DNA from: Rhodobacterales bacterium
GTDB taxonomy: Bacteria > Pseudomonadota > Alphaproteobacteria > Rhodobacterales > Rhodobacteraceae
Length of the DNA: 64,000 nucleotides
Reading direction: 5' to 3'
Assembly (NCBI GenBank): GCA_038251315.1
Contig: JBBSBK010000003.1
Coordinates: forward strand, 5,324 to 69,323
The notes below the pieces were generated by a model that saw only the letters and a list, made by a program, of their open reading frames with translations, did no database searches and had not been told where the DNA came from. The first letter of the stretch is position 1, and each line of letters starts with the position of its first letter. A program made the position numbers and the translations under genes. Below are positions 12,262 to 22,313 of the stretch, in pieces.

Positions 12262-13073
12262 CGTGGAACGAAGGTGCGCCGCCGGAACCCGCAATTGGTC
12301 CGCTCGGGTGGATCCGGGCGGGGTTGCGTGGCGCGGTTCTGGGAGGCGTGACATTCGGCTGTCTGGGGCTGCTGCTGCTGGTTCGCTTGATCGAACGACC
12401 GCTGTGCGGCCAGCGCCGCCCGGTAACTCCCTGGATCACGCAATTCGTCTGCCGCAGCGCGTTCGTCATCCTCGGCATCCGTTACCGCACCCGGGGGTTG
12501 GTCATGACCGATCCGGGCGCGGTGGTTGCCAACCACGCCAGCTGGCTGGATATTTTTGCCTTGAATGCCCGCAGGCGCATTTATTTCGTCGCCAAGGTCG
12601 AGGTCGCCGGCTGGCCTGCGATCGGCTGGCTGGCGCGGGCGACGGGAACCCTGTTCATCAAACGTGACCCGCGCGACGCGGTGGCGCAGGTGCAAGTCTT
12701 TCGCGAACGATTAGCTTTGGGTCACACACTGTTGTTTTTCCCGGAAGGTACATCGACAGACGGTTTAAGGGTTCTGGGGTTCAAACCGACCCTGTTCGCG
12801 GCGTTCTTTGCCGACGGGTTGCGCGAAACGCTGTCGGTACAGCCTGTGACGGTCGTCTATGCCGCAGCACCTGGCACCGATCCGCGTCAATATGGATGGT
12901 GGGGAAACATGGAGTTCGGGCCGCATCTGCTGTCGACGCTGGCGGCGGCGCGACAAGGTTCGGTAACGGTGATCTATCATTCACCGATGCGGGTCGCGGA
13001 TTTCACCGATCGCAAGGCGTTGGCCGCAGCCGTTGAATCTGCGGTGCGGGGCGGATTGAAGGTCGCCGTCTAA
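12258..13073 (+). CDS. olsA: lyso-ornithine lipid O-acyltransferase / 1-acyl-glycerol-3-phosphate acyltransferase family (OlsA-like)
   Basis: The NHASWLD (HxxxxD) and FPEGTS motifs of PlsC-family acyltransferases are present. The GTG start overlaps the olsB stop. Confidence 0.75.
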   Translation: MTWNEGAPPEPAIGPLGWIRAGLRGAVLGGVTFGCLGLLLLVRLIERPLCGQRRPVTPWITQFVCRSAFVILGIRYRTRGLVMTDPGAVVANHASWLDIFALNARRRIYFVAKVEVAGWPAIGWLARATGTLFIKRDPRDAVAQVQVFRERLALGHTLLFFPEGTSTDGLRVLGFKPTLFAAFFADGLRETLSVQPVTVVYAAAPGTDPRQYGWWGNMEFGPHLLSTLAAARQGSVTVIYHSPMRVADFTDRKALAAAVESAVRGGLKVAV

Positions 13074-13687
13074 GCCATTGCTTTCGCGAGGACCGTCAAG
13101 GTTGCCGCGGCGTCGTCCGAACGCCAGATTTCATCGCCCATACCAAAGAAATCGGTGATCGGGGTCAAGGTGCGGATCAGGTCGGCGTCCAGCGCCCCTT
13201 CGGCCACCACCGGCACCTCGACCATGTCCGACCACCACGCGAAGAGTTCCAGGTCCGCCCGCCGCCCGTCACCCAACGACGACACGCCGACCGGGCCGAA
13301 ACTGACATAATCCGCCCCGAGTTCTCCCGCCGTCAGCCCATCGTGGCGCGATGCGGCGCAAAATGTGCCGATGATCGCGTCGTCGCCCAAGGCCTTGCGC
13401 GCCGCTTTGACCGACCGGGCCGCGTCGGTCAGGTGCACACCGTCCAATCCGAGCCGTTCGACCAGCATCAGGTGACTGTCGATTACCAGCGCGACGTCAC
13501 GGGCATGGGTGACTTCGCGCAGGGCGTCTGCCATCTTGCCGATCCGGGCTTCGTCCCGGCTCGCCATGCTGAGCCGCACGCACGCCACGGGAACGGCATC
13601 AAGACAGGCCGCTAAACAGTCGGGAAAGCTGGATAATTCAATCTCGGATGGGGTGATGAGATAGATTTGCGGCAGATCGTTAGCCAT
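13070..13687 (-). CDS. thiamine-phosphate synthase family protein (ThiE/TenI-like)
   Basis: 205 aa, QIYLITP... is a TMP-TENI-type sequence. No other thi genes are adjacent. Confidence 0.75.
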   Translation of the reverse strand: MANDLPQIYLITPSEIELSSFPDCLAACLDAVPVACVRLSMASRDEARIGKMADALREVTHARDVALVIDSHLMLVERLGLDGVHLTDAARSVKAARKALGDDAIIGTFCAASRHDGLTAGELGADYVSFGPVGVSSLGDGRRADLELFAWWSDMVEVPVVAEGALDADLIRTLTPITDFFGMGDEIWRSDDAAATLTVLAKAMA

Positions 13688-13815
13688 GTCGGCCCCCCGG
13701 TTTCAAACGTCCTTGCGCCGTCTTAACCGGCTTTGTGCGGCTTGGCTACGCATCCCGCCGCTTGCGCCAGCCGGGCCCGCCGCGTATCACCCGCCCGAAC
13801 ATTTCAGGACGCCAG

Positions 13816-14550
13816 ATGAGCGACGCTCCACAACCCGCGTTTGTACTGATCCGGCCCCAGATGGGGGAGAATATCGGCGCGGCGGCGCGGGGAATGTGGA
13901 ACTTTGGCCTTGACCGGATGCGTCTTGTCGCACCCCGCGATGGCTGGCCCAATCCGGCAGCTGTGGCGATGGCGAGCGGGGCGGGCCGGTTGCTCGACGC
14001 GGCGCAGGTTTACGCCTCGACAGCCGGGGCCGTCGCCGATTGTCAATTCGTCTACGCCACCACTGCCCGGTCGCGCGAATTGACCAAGCCGGTGCTGTCG
14101 CCCGAGGCGGCGATGGCCGACGCCGCTGCCCGGACCGCGGGCGGGCAAAAGGTTGCCGTGCTGTTCGGCCCCGAACGCGCGGGCATGGAAAACGCTGATA
14201 TCGCGCTGGCCAATGTCATCGTGTCGGTCCCGGTCAACCCTGATTTTCCCTCGCTCAACCTCGCGCAATGCGTGCTGTTGACGGGGTATGAATGGCAGCG
14301 GGCGCGAGGTGCGACCCCCGTGGCGCAAGAGGCCGCAGCCGAAATCGCCACCCAGACCGAGATCGAAAAACTGGCGAAACATTACGAGGAACGGATGCAG
14401 GATGCCGGGTTCTTTTACCCCGTACACAAGGCCGACAGCATGAAGCTGAATCTGCGCAACCTGTGGTCGCGGATGCCGCTGACCCGGCACGACGTGCAGA
14501 TCCTGCATGGGATCATGCGGCAAATGGTCCGCTGGAAGGACCGGGGCTAG
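13816..14550 (+). CDS. SpoU/TrmH-family RNA 2'-O-methyltransferase (TrmJ-like)
   Basis: FVLIRPQMGENIGAAARGMWNFGL is typical of TrmJ-like enzymes. The ATG at 13816 was chosen over the longer track ORF. Confidence 0.85.
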   Translation: MSDAPQPAFVLIRPQMGENIGAAARGMWNFGLDRMRLVAPRDGWPNPAAVAMASGAGRLLDAAQVYASTAGAVADCQFVYATTARSRELTKPVLSPEAAMADAAARTAGGQKVAVLFGPERAGMENADIALANVIVSVPVNPDFPSLNLAQCVLLTGYEWQRARGATPVAQEAAAEIATQTEIEKLAKHYEERMQDAGFFYPVHKADSMKLNLRNLWSRMPLTRHDVQILHGIMRQMVRWKDRG

Positions 14551-14610
14551 GGCCGCTTGCCTCGGCACCGACGCCGCCATAGGTTCCTGCCAAACGACCC
14601 GGAGGCATTG

Positions 14611-15756
14611 ATGGCTCAGAAAACCCGCAGTATTTTCGAGGATGTCGGCACCACTCAAAAGGCGCGTGCCATTGCCACGGGCAGCATCGACCGTGCCAAG
14701 GGATCGCGCCGTGCGGTGCGGGTCTGGCTGACGGTGCTGTTCGCCCTTGTCGTGGCGATCATCGCGGTGGGCGGCATGACCCGGCTCACCGACTCTGGCC
14801 TGTCGATCACCGAATGGGCCCCCATCGCGGGTGCGGTTCCGCCGCTGAACGAAGCTGACTGGCAGGCCGCGTTTACCGCCTATCAGGCCACTCCCGAGTT
14901 CCAGAAACAGAACGCCGCGATGACCCTCGCCGATTTTCAGTATATATTCTGGTGGGAATGGGGGCATCGGCAGTTGGGCCGCACGATCGGGCTGGTCTGG
15001 GCCGTGGGGTTCATCGTTTTCTGGGTCTTGGGCAAGATCCCGACAGGCTGGACCCGCCGCCTGCTGGTCGTCGGCGTCCTCATCGGGGCGCAGGGTGCTG
15101 TCGGCTGGTGGATGGTACGGTCTGGCCTGCAATCGGGGATGCTGGACGTGGCCAGCTACCGGCTTGCGACTCATCTGGGCATGGCGTTCGCGATTCTGGG
15201 CGTCATCGCATGGCAGGTTTTGCTGCTCGGCCGGCGCGAGGGCGATCTGATGCAGGCACGTCGCGCGGCTGAGATTCGGTTGTTCGGCCTGTCTACCGGC
15301 CTGATGTATTTCGCGTTTCTGCAAGTGCTGCTGGGCGCACTGGTCGCGGGCATCGACGCCGGTCGCGCCTTTCCGACATGGCCGCTGATGGGCGACGGGT
15401 TTCTGCCGCCCGATCCGTTCTCGATCACGCCTCTCTGGCGCAATTTCTTCGAGGACGCGGGTCTGGTCCAGTTCATCCACCGGATGTCGGGCTATCTGCT
15501 GTTCATTTTCGGGGTGGTCGTCTGGCTGCGAGCGCGCGGATCGGCCAACGGGGCGACTCGTGGCGCATTCAACGCCGTGATGGTCATGTTCGTGGTGCAG
15601 ATGGCTTTGGGCATTTTCACCGTGCTGTACAGCGCCCCGCTGCATATTGCGATCGTACATCAGCTGGGCGCAGTTCTGCTTTGGGTGTTGATCCTTCGCG
15701 GACGGTTCCTCGCCCGCCACCCCAGTCCGCAATCCATCCGAGGCGCCCGCGCATGA
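14611..15756 (+). CDS. ctaA: heme A synthase (COX15/CtaA)
   Basis: Polytopic membrane protein with conserved His-containing helices. GGAGG RBS lies before the ATG at 14611. Confidence 0.9.
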   Translation: MAQKTRSIFEDVGTTQKARAIATGSIDRAKGSRRAVRVWLTVLFALVVAIIAVGGMTRLTDSGLSITEWAPIAGAVPPLNEADWQAAFTAYQATPEFQKQNAAMTLADFQYIFWWEWGHRQLGRTIGLVWAVGFIVFWVLGKIPTGWTRRLLVVGVLIGAQGAVGWWMVRSGLQSGMLDVASYRLATHLGMAFAILGVIAWQVLLLGRREGDLMQARRAAEIRLFGLSTGLMYFAFLQVLLGALVAGIDAGRAFPTWPLMGDGFLPPDPFSITPLWRNFFEDAGLVQFIHRMSGYLLFIFGVVVWLRARGSANGATRGAFNAVMVMFVVQMALGIFTVLYSAPLHIAIVHQLGAVLLWVLILRGRFLARHPSPQSIRGARA

Positions 15757-17222
15757 CCGCGTACGACGATCTGATCGCTTTTCAACGCGAAACCGAAGCC
15801 TTGTCTCAGGTGGCGGGGCGGCTGGGATGGGATCAAGAGACCATGATGCCCGCCGGCGCGACACCGCAGCGGGCCGAGGAACATGCCGCGATGGCCCATG
15901 TTCTGCACGCCCGCCGGGTCGATCCGCGGATCGGCGATTGGCTCGACACGGCGGAACCGGAAGGCGACGTGGCCGCCGCCAATCTGCGCCACATCCGCCG
16001 GTCCCATGACCGCACGCAAAAGGTGCCGGCGCGGTTGGCGTCGGAACTGGCCCGCACCACATCGCTGGCGCATCGGGTCTGGGCCGGCGCGCGGGCGGAC
16101 GAGAATGTTGCGGCGTTCCTGCCGATACTGGCGCAGATCGTCACGCTGCGCCGGGAAGAGGCGGCATGTCTTGCGATGGGTGGCGATCTCTATGATGCGC
16201 TGCACGACGACTATGAACCGGGCAGCAAATCGGCAGACCTTGCCGCGATGTTCGCGGCGTTGCGACCCCGGTTGGTCGCTCTGCGGGCGGCGTTGCTGGA
16301 TGCCCCGGCACCACACCCCCTGATTGGCCATTTCGACGAGGCGGGACAATCGGCCTTGTCGGCGGAACTGGCCCAGGCTTTTGGCTATGACCTGACGCGC
16401 GGCCGGATCGACAAGGCGGTGCATCCTTTTTCGTCCGGGTCCGGCCTTGACGTGCGGATCACCACCCGCACCAACGCCGCCGATCCGTTCAACTGTTTCT
16501 ATTCGACGATTCACGAGGTCGGCCATGCCGCCTATGAGCAGGGGATCGACGCCGAATATCTGCTGATGCCGCTCGGCGCGGGGGTATCGATGGGCGTGCA
16601 CGAAAGCCAAAGCCGGATTTACGAGAACCAACTCGGACGCAGCCGCGCCTTTACCGGATGGCTTTATGGTCGGATGCGCGACACTTTCGGTGATTTCGGG
16701 ATCGGGTCCGAGGATGCATTTTACGCTACCGTAAACCGGGTGTCGAACGGGTTCATTCGCACCGAAGCCGATGAAGTGCAGTATAACCTGCACGTGCTGC
16801 TGCGGTTCGATCTTGAACGGGCATTGATCAGCGGCGATCTGCTGGTTGGCGATCTGGAGGCGGCGTGGAACGACAGGTTCAAGGCCGATTTCGGCTTTGC
16901 AGTGGACCGGCCCAGCAACGGCGTCTTGCAGGACGTTCATTGGTCCGAGGGGCTGTTCGGCTATTTCCCGACCTATACACTGGGAAACGTCTATGCAGGT
17001 TGCCTGCATCAGGCGCTGCGGGCGGCGGTGCCGGGGCTGGACGCCGATCTGGAGCGGGGGGATACATCGGCGGCTACCCTGTGGTTGCGCGAAAACCTGC
17101 AGCGTCATGGCGGGCTGTACGAACCACGCGATACGATTGCCCGGGCGGCGGGCATGGCTCCGTCAGAGGCGCCGTTGCTCGATTACCTCGAAGCCAAGTT
17201 TCGGGGCATCTACGGGATCTAG
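15753..17222 (+). CDS. carboxypeptidase M32 (Taq-type metallocarboxypeptidase)
   Basis: HEVGHAAYE (HExxH) and the overall M32-like sequence. The ATG at 15753 overlaps the ctaA TGA. Confidence 0.9.
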   Translation: MTAYDDLIAFQRETEALSQVAGRLGWDQETMMPAGATPQRAEEHAAMAHVLHARRVDPRIGDWLDTAEPEGDVAAANLRHIRRSHDRTQKVPARLASELARTTSLAHRVWAGARADENVAAFLPILAQIVTLRREEAACLAMGGDLYDALHDDYEPGSKSADLAAMFAALRPRLVALRAALLDAPAPHPLIGHFDEAGQSALSAELAQAFGYDLTRGRIDKAVHPFSSGSGLDVRITTRTNAADPFNCFYSTIHEVGHAAYEQGIDAEYLLMPLGAGVSMGVHESQSRIYENQLGRSRAFTGWLYGRMRDTFGDFGIGSEDAFYATVNRVSNGFIRTEADEVQYNLHVLLRFDLERALISGDLLVGDLEAAWNDRFKADFGFAVDRPSNGVLQDVHWSEGLFGYFPTYTLGNVYAGCLHQALRAAVPGLDADLERGDTSAATLWLRENLQRHGGLYEPRDTIARAAGMAPSEAPLLDYLEAKFRGIYGI

Positions 17223-17282
17223 GGGGCGCTGCCCCCGTCCCGTGCCAGGACTCCCCCGGAGTTTAGGAGACCAAAGAAGGGG

Positions 17283-18062
17283 TTATTGCTCCCAAGTTGG
17301 TGGCCGCTTGCCAAGGAACGCATTGATCCCTTCGTCGGTGTCCGGGTTCAGCATGTTGGCGGTCATTCTGTCACTGGCAAGCGCGTAGGCGGCGGAGGTG
17401 TCCAGCGCGATCTGGTCGTAGAACCCCCGCTTGCCAATCCTGACCGCGCTGCCGAGCTTTGCGGCGACGGTATTGGCCAGTTCGGCGGTGGCGGACGCCA
17501 GATCGGCGGCGGGCACGGCGCGGTTGATCAGGCCAAGGGTCGTCGCCTCGGTCGCGTCGATCAAGCGACCCGTCGTCAGCATTTCGAACGCTGCCTTGCG
17601 GGGCACCACGCGGGTCAGGGCGACCATCGGGGTTGAACAGAACAGGCCGATGTTGACGCCGTTGACGCCAAAGCGGGTCGTGTCGGCGGCCACGGCCATG
17701 TCGCAGGTCGCGACCAACTGGCAGCCGGCGGCGACGGCGACGCCGTGAACTTGGGCGATGACAGGTTGCGGAATCGATTGAATCTTCAACATCAGGCGGG
17801 AACAGCGGGCGAACAGATCGGCGAAATAGGCGGCCCCCTTGTCAGCGGCCTGCCGTCCGGCCTGCATTTCTTTCAGGTCGTGCCCGGCGCAAAACGCCTT
17901 GCCGGTTCCCGACAGGATAACCGCGCGAATGGTTCGGTCGTCGGCGATGGTGTCGAATGCGCTTTGCAATGCCGCCAGCATGTCGTTGGACAGGGCATTG
18001 AGCCGCTCAGGCGCATTCATCGTCAGATGGGCGACGGCCCCGGTGTCGTCACGGTCCAGCAT
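17283..18062 (-). CDS. enoyl-CoA hydratase/isomerase family protein
   Basis: 259 aa; LNALS...GKAFCAGHDLKEM is a crotonase-fold signature. AAGGGGAA RBS. Confidence 0.9.
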   Translation of the reverse strand: MLDRDDTGAVAHLTMNAPERLNALSNDMLAALQSAFDTIADDRTIRAVILSGTGKAFCAGHDLKEMQAGRQAADKGAAYFADLFARCSRLMLKIQSIPQPVIAQVHGVAVAAGCQLVATCDMAVAADTTRFGVNGVNIGLFCSTPMVALTRVVPRKAAFEMLTTGRLIDATEATTLGLINRAVPAADLASATAELANTVAAKLGSAVRIGKRGFYDQIALDTSAAYALASDRMTANMLNPDTDEGINAFLGKRPPTWEQ

Positions 18063-18123
18063 GGTCTTGTTCCCCTTGCGATTTCAGGCCAAGTCTAGGG
18101 CAGCACGCAAGGCATGGAAAGCA

Positions 18124-18552
18124 ATGACACTGGCAATGGACAAGGCGGCGCTGCGGGCCTTCATGGCAAGGGATTTCGCCCAGATCGCCGATCATTTTGT
18201 TGTCGAGGCAGCGTCGGAAACTGGCGTGACCCTGCGTTTGCGGGTCGCCGATCAGCATTTGCGTCCCGGCGGCACGGTGTCGGGGCCGACGATGTTCGGG
18301 CTGGCCGATGTGGCGATCTACCTCGCGATCCTGTCACGGATCGGGCCGGTCGCGCTGGCGGTGACGACGAACGCCTCGATCGATTTCATGCGCAAGCCTG
18401 CTGCGGGTGCAGACCTGACGGCGCGGGCCGAAGTGCTGAAACTGGGACGCACGCTGGCGGTCGGGTCCGTGTTGATCCACAGTGCGGGGCAGAGTGATCC
18501 GGTTGCGCGGGCCAGCATGACCTATGCGATCCCGCCAAAATCTGTGGGGTAA
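18124..18552 (+). CDS. PaaI-family (hotdog fold) thioesterase
   Basis: The region PGGTVSGPTMFGLADVA is typical of PaaI/YbgC-like thioesterases. An internal start of the longer track ORF was chosen. Confidence 0.8.
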   Translation: MTLAMDKAALRAFMARDFAQIADHFVVEAASETGVTLRLRVADQHLRPGGTVSGPTMFGLADVAIYLAILSRIGPVALAVTTNASIDFMRKPAAGADLTARAEVLKLGRTLAVGSVLIHSAGQSDPVARASMTYAIPPKSVG

Positions 18553-18609
18553 ATAGATACCTAATTTACAAGTCATTGAAATCAAATGCATATACGGTTC
18601 GCAAGTGGC

Positions 18610-18637
18610 TTGACGCTGCGAACGCAGGCCTTATACA
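18610..18637 (+). promoter_or_regulatory. sigma70-type promoter candidate for rplM-rpsI
   Basis: TTGACG (18610..18615), 16-nt spacer, TATACA (18632..18637), about 55 nt upstream of the rplM ATG. An AT-rich stretch (18553..18600) lies just upstream. Confidence 0.35.
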
Positions 18638-18690
18638 CCGCCCATCCGACTGACGGGCCGCATCTGGCCCCCGAAATCATCTGGTGAGAT

Positions 18691-19152
18691 ATGAAAACCT
18701 TTACCGCTACCCCGGCGGATATCGACAAGAAATGGATCCTGATCGACGCCGAAGGCGTGGTTCTGGGCCGTCTTGCGTCGATCATCGCCATGCGCCTGCG
18801 CGGCAAGCACAAGCCGTCGTTCACGCCCCACATGGACATGGGCGACAACGTCATCGTGATCAACGCCGAAAAAGTGCAGATCACTGGTAACAAGCGGGAA
18901 GAGCGCAACTATTGGCACACCGGTCATCCGGGCGGGATCAAGTTCCGCACTACCGGCCAGTTGCTTGACGGTGCCCACCCCGAACGTGTGGTGATGCAGG
19001 CCGTCAAGCGGATGCTGCCCGGCAACAAACTGTCGCGCGTGCAGATGACCCATCTGCGCGTCTTCGCAGGCACAGCACACGGCATGGAAGCCCAAAAGCC
19101 CGACGTTCTGGATGTTGCATCCATGAACAAAAAGAACACGAGGACCGCATAA
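18691..19152 (+). CDS. rplM: 50S ribosomal protein L13
   Basis: [22 protein letters not shown].. is canonical L13. Confidence 0.97.
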   Translation: MKTFTATPADIDKKWILIDAEGVVLGRLASIIAMRLRGKHKPSFTPHMDMGDNVIVINAEKVQITGNKREERNYWHTGHPGGIKFRTTGQLLDGAHPERVVMQAVKRMLPGNKLSRVQMTHLRVFAGTAHGMEAQKPDVLDVASMNKKNTRTA

Positions 19153-19153
19153 C

Positions 19154-19648
19154 ATGGCCGAACAAATCAATTCGCTCGAGGAATTGGGTGCCGCCACGGG
19201 TGTCGTCGCCGATGCCCCCGTCGCCGTCGTAATGACCCCCCGCGAACCCCAGCGCGACGACTTGGGCCGCGCATATGCCACGGGCAAGCGCAAGGATGCG
19301 GTCGCCCGCGTCTGGATCCGTCCCGGTTCGGGCAAGGTGTCGGTCAACGGCAAGGCCATGAACGCGTATTTCGCGCGTCCGGTTTTGCAGATGATCCTTG
19401 CCCAGCCGTTCACCATCGCCGGTGTCACCGGCCAGTTCGACGTTGTCGCCACCGTCAAGGGCGGCGGGTTGTCGGGGCAGGCGGGGGCAGTCAAGCACGG
19501 GGTTTCCAAAGCCTTGCAGCTTTACGATCCGTCCCTGCGCCCAGCACTGAAAGCCGCCGGTTTCCTGACCCGCGACAGCCGCGTCGTGGAACGCAAAAAA
19601 TACGGCAAGGCCAAGGCCCGCAAAAGCTTCCAGTTCTCCAAGCGATAA
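19154..19648 (+). CDS. rpsI: 30S ribosomal protein S9
   Basis: The C-terminus [18 protein letters not shown] is canonical S9. Confidence 0.97.
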   Translation: MAEQINSLEELGAATGVVADAPVAVVMTPREPQRDDLGRAYATGKRKDAVARVWIRPGSGKVSVNGKAMNAYFARPVLQMILAQPFTIAGVTGQFDVVATVKGGGLSGQAGAVKHGVSKALQLYDPSLRPALKAAGFLTRDSRVVERKKYGKAKARKSFQFSKR

Positions 19649-19666
19649 GTTTGGCAGCTGGTATCG

Positions 19667-19699
19667 AAAAGGGGCGGCGCCGCAAGGGCCGCCCTTTTT
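19667..19699. terminator. rho-independent (bidirectional) terminator between rpsI and the convergent TetR gene
   Basis: AAAAGGGGCGGC...GCCGCCCTTTTT hairpin with A and T tracts on both sides. Confidence 0.6.
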
Positions 19700-19737
19700 C
19701 GTGGGCCATTGTCGCGGTCAGGACAGTGCTGCGGTGT

Positions 19738-20355
19738 TTACCCATCCGCCTTGATCAGCCCCAACCCCCGCAGATAAATCCCGATCCCGCTTTCCAGCAA
19801 GTCCTCGGGCGGGAACGGTGATTTCGTCCCCGGCGACCCTCGCGCGAACAACTCGACCACCCCGTGCGACAGCGCCCAGATATGCGCCGTCACCATCTGC
19901 ACCGGGGGGCGTCGGTCTGGCGGCATGTGCGCCGTCAGCGCTCGGGCCGCGGTCTCCAGCACCCGCATCGCCCGCGTTGCTGCCGCGTTCAGTTCCGGGG
20001 TCCGCTGTATTGAAATGCCGCTTTCGAACATCGCGACGTAATGACCGGGATAGCGCCGCGCAAAGGCCAAATATGCGCGCCCCGTCGCCTCGAACGCGGC
20101 CAGCGCGGATGGCTGACCGTTGCCATAGGCATGTTCCATCAGATCGGCGAAAATCTCGTAACCCTGCAATGCGGCCTCGGCGATCAGGTCTTCACGCCCC
20201 TCGAAATGGCGATAGACCGCCGCCGGGGTCACACCCGCCTCGCGCGCGGCTTCGGACAGGGTAAATCCGGTTGGCCCGCGCACCTCGATCAGGCGCAGGC
20301 AGCCCATGACAAGTGCCTCGCGCAGGTTGCCGTGATGATAGCCCTGTTTAGCCAT
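19738..20355 (-). CDS. TetR/AcrR family transcriptional regulator
   Basis: GYHHGNLREAL...FTLSEAAREAGVTPAAVYRHF is the TetR HTH. The ATG at 20355 lies 2 nt after the ppk2 stop. Confidence 0.85.
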   Translation of the reverse strand: MAKQGYHHGNLREALVMGCLRLIEVRGPTGFTLSEAAREAGVTPAAVYRHFEGREDLIAEAALQGYEIFADLMEHAYGNGQPSALAAFEATGRAYLAFARRYPGHYVAMFESGISIQRTPELNAAATRAMRVLETAARALTAHMPPDRRPPVQMVTAHIWALSHGVVELFARGSPGTKSPFPPEDLLESGIGIYLRGLGLIKADG

Positions 20356-21217
20356 TCCAGAGGTGGGGCCCGCCCGCAATCTGTGGATCAACCTTGCCCA
20401 GCCGTTTAGCATCTTTGCGGGTGTAATCAAGCTGGCACAGAACCGCACGGATCGCGTTGACCCGTGCGCGGCGTTTGTCATCGGCGCGCACCAGCGTCCA
20501 GGGCGCGTGTGCGGTATGGGTGCGGGTCAGGGTATCGTCGATGGCGTCGGTATAGGCATCCCATTTGGGCAGGCCGTTCACGTCGATCGTCGACAGTTTC
20601 CATTGCTTGAGCAGGTCTTTTTCGCGGTCCAGAAACCGTTTCAATTGTGTCGCCCGGCCAATGTTGAGCCAAATCTTGAACAGCAGGATGCCATCGTCAA
20701 CCAAGGCCTTTTCAAAACCCGGCACCTGTGCGAACCATTTTTCGCGCTGCGCGGGTGTGCAAAACCCGAACACCTGTTCGACGACACCGCGGTTGTACCA
20801 GCTACGGTCAAAAAATACGATCTCGCCCGTTGTTGGCAATTGGTCGATATAGCGTTGGAAATACCACTGTCCGGCCTCGGTTTCGGTCGGTTTGGTGAGG
20901 GCGACGACGCGCGCATAGCGGGGGTTCAGGTTGGCCTGAAACCAGTTGATCGTGCCGCCCTTGCCCGCCGCGTCTCGCCCCTCGAACACGATAACCATGC
21001 GCTGCCCGGTTTCGCGCACCCAGGCCTGCACGCGGGCCAGTTCGATCTGAAGGTCGTCCATCGCCTTTTCATAGGCTTTTTTGTTCCATTCTTCGGCATA
21101 GGGAAAATCGGGGTTGTAGACATCATCGCCATCGGCGTCGCGGATCGTCTTGCGCACGTCGTCGGGTGCTTCGGTTTCGAAATACCGGCTGATCGCGCCG
21201 TCAAATGGCAGTTCCAT
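20348..21217 (-). CDS. ppk2: polyphosphate kinase 2 (PPK2 family)
   Basis: FEGRDAAGKGG Walker A and a PPK2-typical sequence of 289 aa. AAGGA RBS. Confidence 0.9.
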   Translation of the reverse strand: MELPFDGAISRYFETEAPDDVRKTIRDADGDDVYNPDFPYAEEWNKKAYEKAMDDLQIELARVQAWVRETGQRMVIVFEGRDAAGKGGTINWFQANLNPRYARVVALTKPTETEAGQWYFQRYIDQLPTTGEIVFFDRSWYNRGVVEQVFGFCTPAQREKWFAQVPGFEKALVDDGILLFKIWLNIGRATQLKRFLDREKDLLKQWKLSTIDVNGLPKWDAYTDAIDDTLTRTHTAHAPWTLVRADDKRRARVNAIRAVLCQLDYTRKDAKRLGKVDPQIAGGPHLWNG

Positions 21218-21262
21218 GTTCGCGTCCTTGATGTTCGGCTTTACTATGGGGCTGCGCAGGCT

Positions 21263-22240
21263 TTAGCGCAATCCGGCCCGCGTGGCGGCGCGGTCGATGG
21301 CAGCAACGACCTGATCGGCAGAGACGTGATGCGGCATGTGGCCGATACCCCCCAGCACGACAAGGTTCGCCCCGGCGATCTGCTGACTGAGCGGGATCGA
21401 ATGGATATCAAGCGGCACGATGGTGTCGGCGTCGCCGTGGACGATTTCGACTGGCACGGTGATCTCGCCATATCGCGCAGATTGTACGACCATATGTGGG
21501 CGCAGCCCGTTTACCTGACGCGCATTGGCGCGCAGGCTCGACCGGCGGATGGCAACGCGCGGTTCGATGAAGTCGGCGTATCCAGCGGGCGCCGTCTGGG
21601 GCGTAAAGACCCCGTTGGCGGCCTGTTCCAGATAGCTGTCGGGGACCAAGGCGGTGATGATCGGTGCCAGGATTGCGCCCCCGATCAGCGATCCGTTGAC
21701 CCGGTAAAGCCAGTCGAGCTGACCCGGCCAAGGCTGTGATACGCCAGAGATATCGACCACAGCCGCGATGTTGTCGGGGCGTTCCAGCGCCCAGGCAAGG
21801 GCGACCGCCCCGCCATAAGATTGACCCAGCACGATGGGCTTGTCGGCCCCCAGTTGCGCGGCGGCGGCCTGCAAAAGTATTGCCTGTTGTGCTGGTGTAT
21901 CAGCGCAGGTGGTGAACGCTCCGGTGCAGTCGGGATCGGCGTCCGTGAACCCCATTCCCGGCCGATCGAACGCGATGACGCGGTAGCGGTCAGTCAGGAG
22001 CGGGATCAGGGTGAACTGCATGTCCCGAATGTTGCCGCTGGCGCCGTGGATCAACACCAGATCGGGGCCGGTCCCGGTGACAAGCGCATGCACCTGACGG
22101 CCATTCACGGTGACGAATTGCCCGCCGGGCGTGACGTCGGCCGCAATCGCCGCCTCGCGCCGGGCGGCGAGGATCTGCACCACGACGATGGCCACCACGA
22201 CGACGCTGACAATGACAGCAAGAACGGTTCTGGTCGTCAT
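21263..22240 (-). CDS. alpha/beta-fold hydrolase with N-terminal membrane anchor
   Basis: GQSYGG nucleophile elbow and an HGxxD..GH C-terminal catalytic region. The ATG at 22240 with AAGGAAT RBS gives an N-terminal TM helix. Confidence 0.85.
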   Translation of the reverse strand: MTTRTVLAVIVSVVVVAIVVVQILAARREAAIAADVTPGGQFVTVNGRQVHALVTGTGPDLVLIHGASGNIRDMQFTLIPLLTDRYRVIAFDRPGMGFTDADPDCTGAFTTCADTPAQQAILLQAAAAQLGADKPIVLGQSYGGAVALAWALERPDNIAAVVDISGVSQPWPGQLDWLYRVNGSLIGGAILAPIITALVPDSYLEQAANGVFTPQTAPAGYADFIEPRVAIRRSSLRANARQVNGLRPHMVVQSARYGEITVPVEIVHGDADTIVPLDIHSIPLSQQIAGANLVVLGGIGHMPHHVSADQVVAAIDRAATRAGLR

Positions 22241-22313
22241 CGGGGTATTCCTTGCCTTTGTCTGGGTGCCTGAGATAGCCGGATTCGCGTGCAAAACCAG
22301 CGCTATCGCCGCG

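Noticed and set aside
13804-16062. 752-aa ORF on the minus strand spanning the trmJ-like, ctaA and carboxypeptidase genes
   Set aside because: It is antisense to three well-supported genes. Its Arg/Pro/Gly/His-rich composition is typical of shadow ORFs in high-GC DNA, and it has no recognisable motifs.
15660-17108. 482-aa minus-strand ORF antisense to the M32 carboxypeptidase
   Set aside because: The plus strand carries the HExxH metallopeptidase, so this is a shadow ORF.
20363-21739. 458-aa plus-strand ORF antisense to ppk2 and the alpha/beta hydrolase
   Set aside because: Shadow ORF opposite two genes with clear family motifs. Low-complexity, Arg/Gly/Asp/Val-rich translation.
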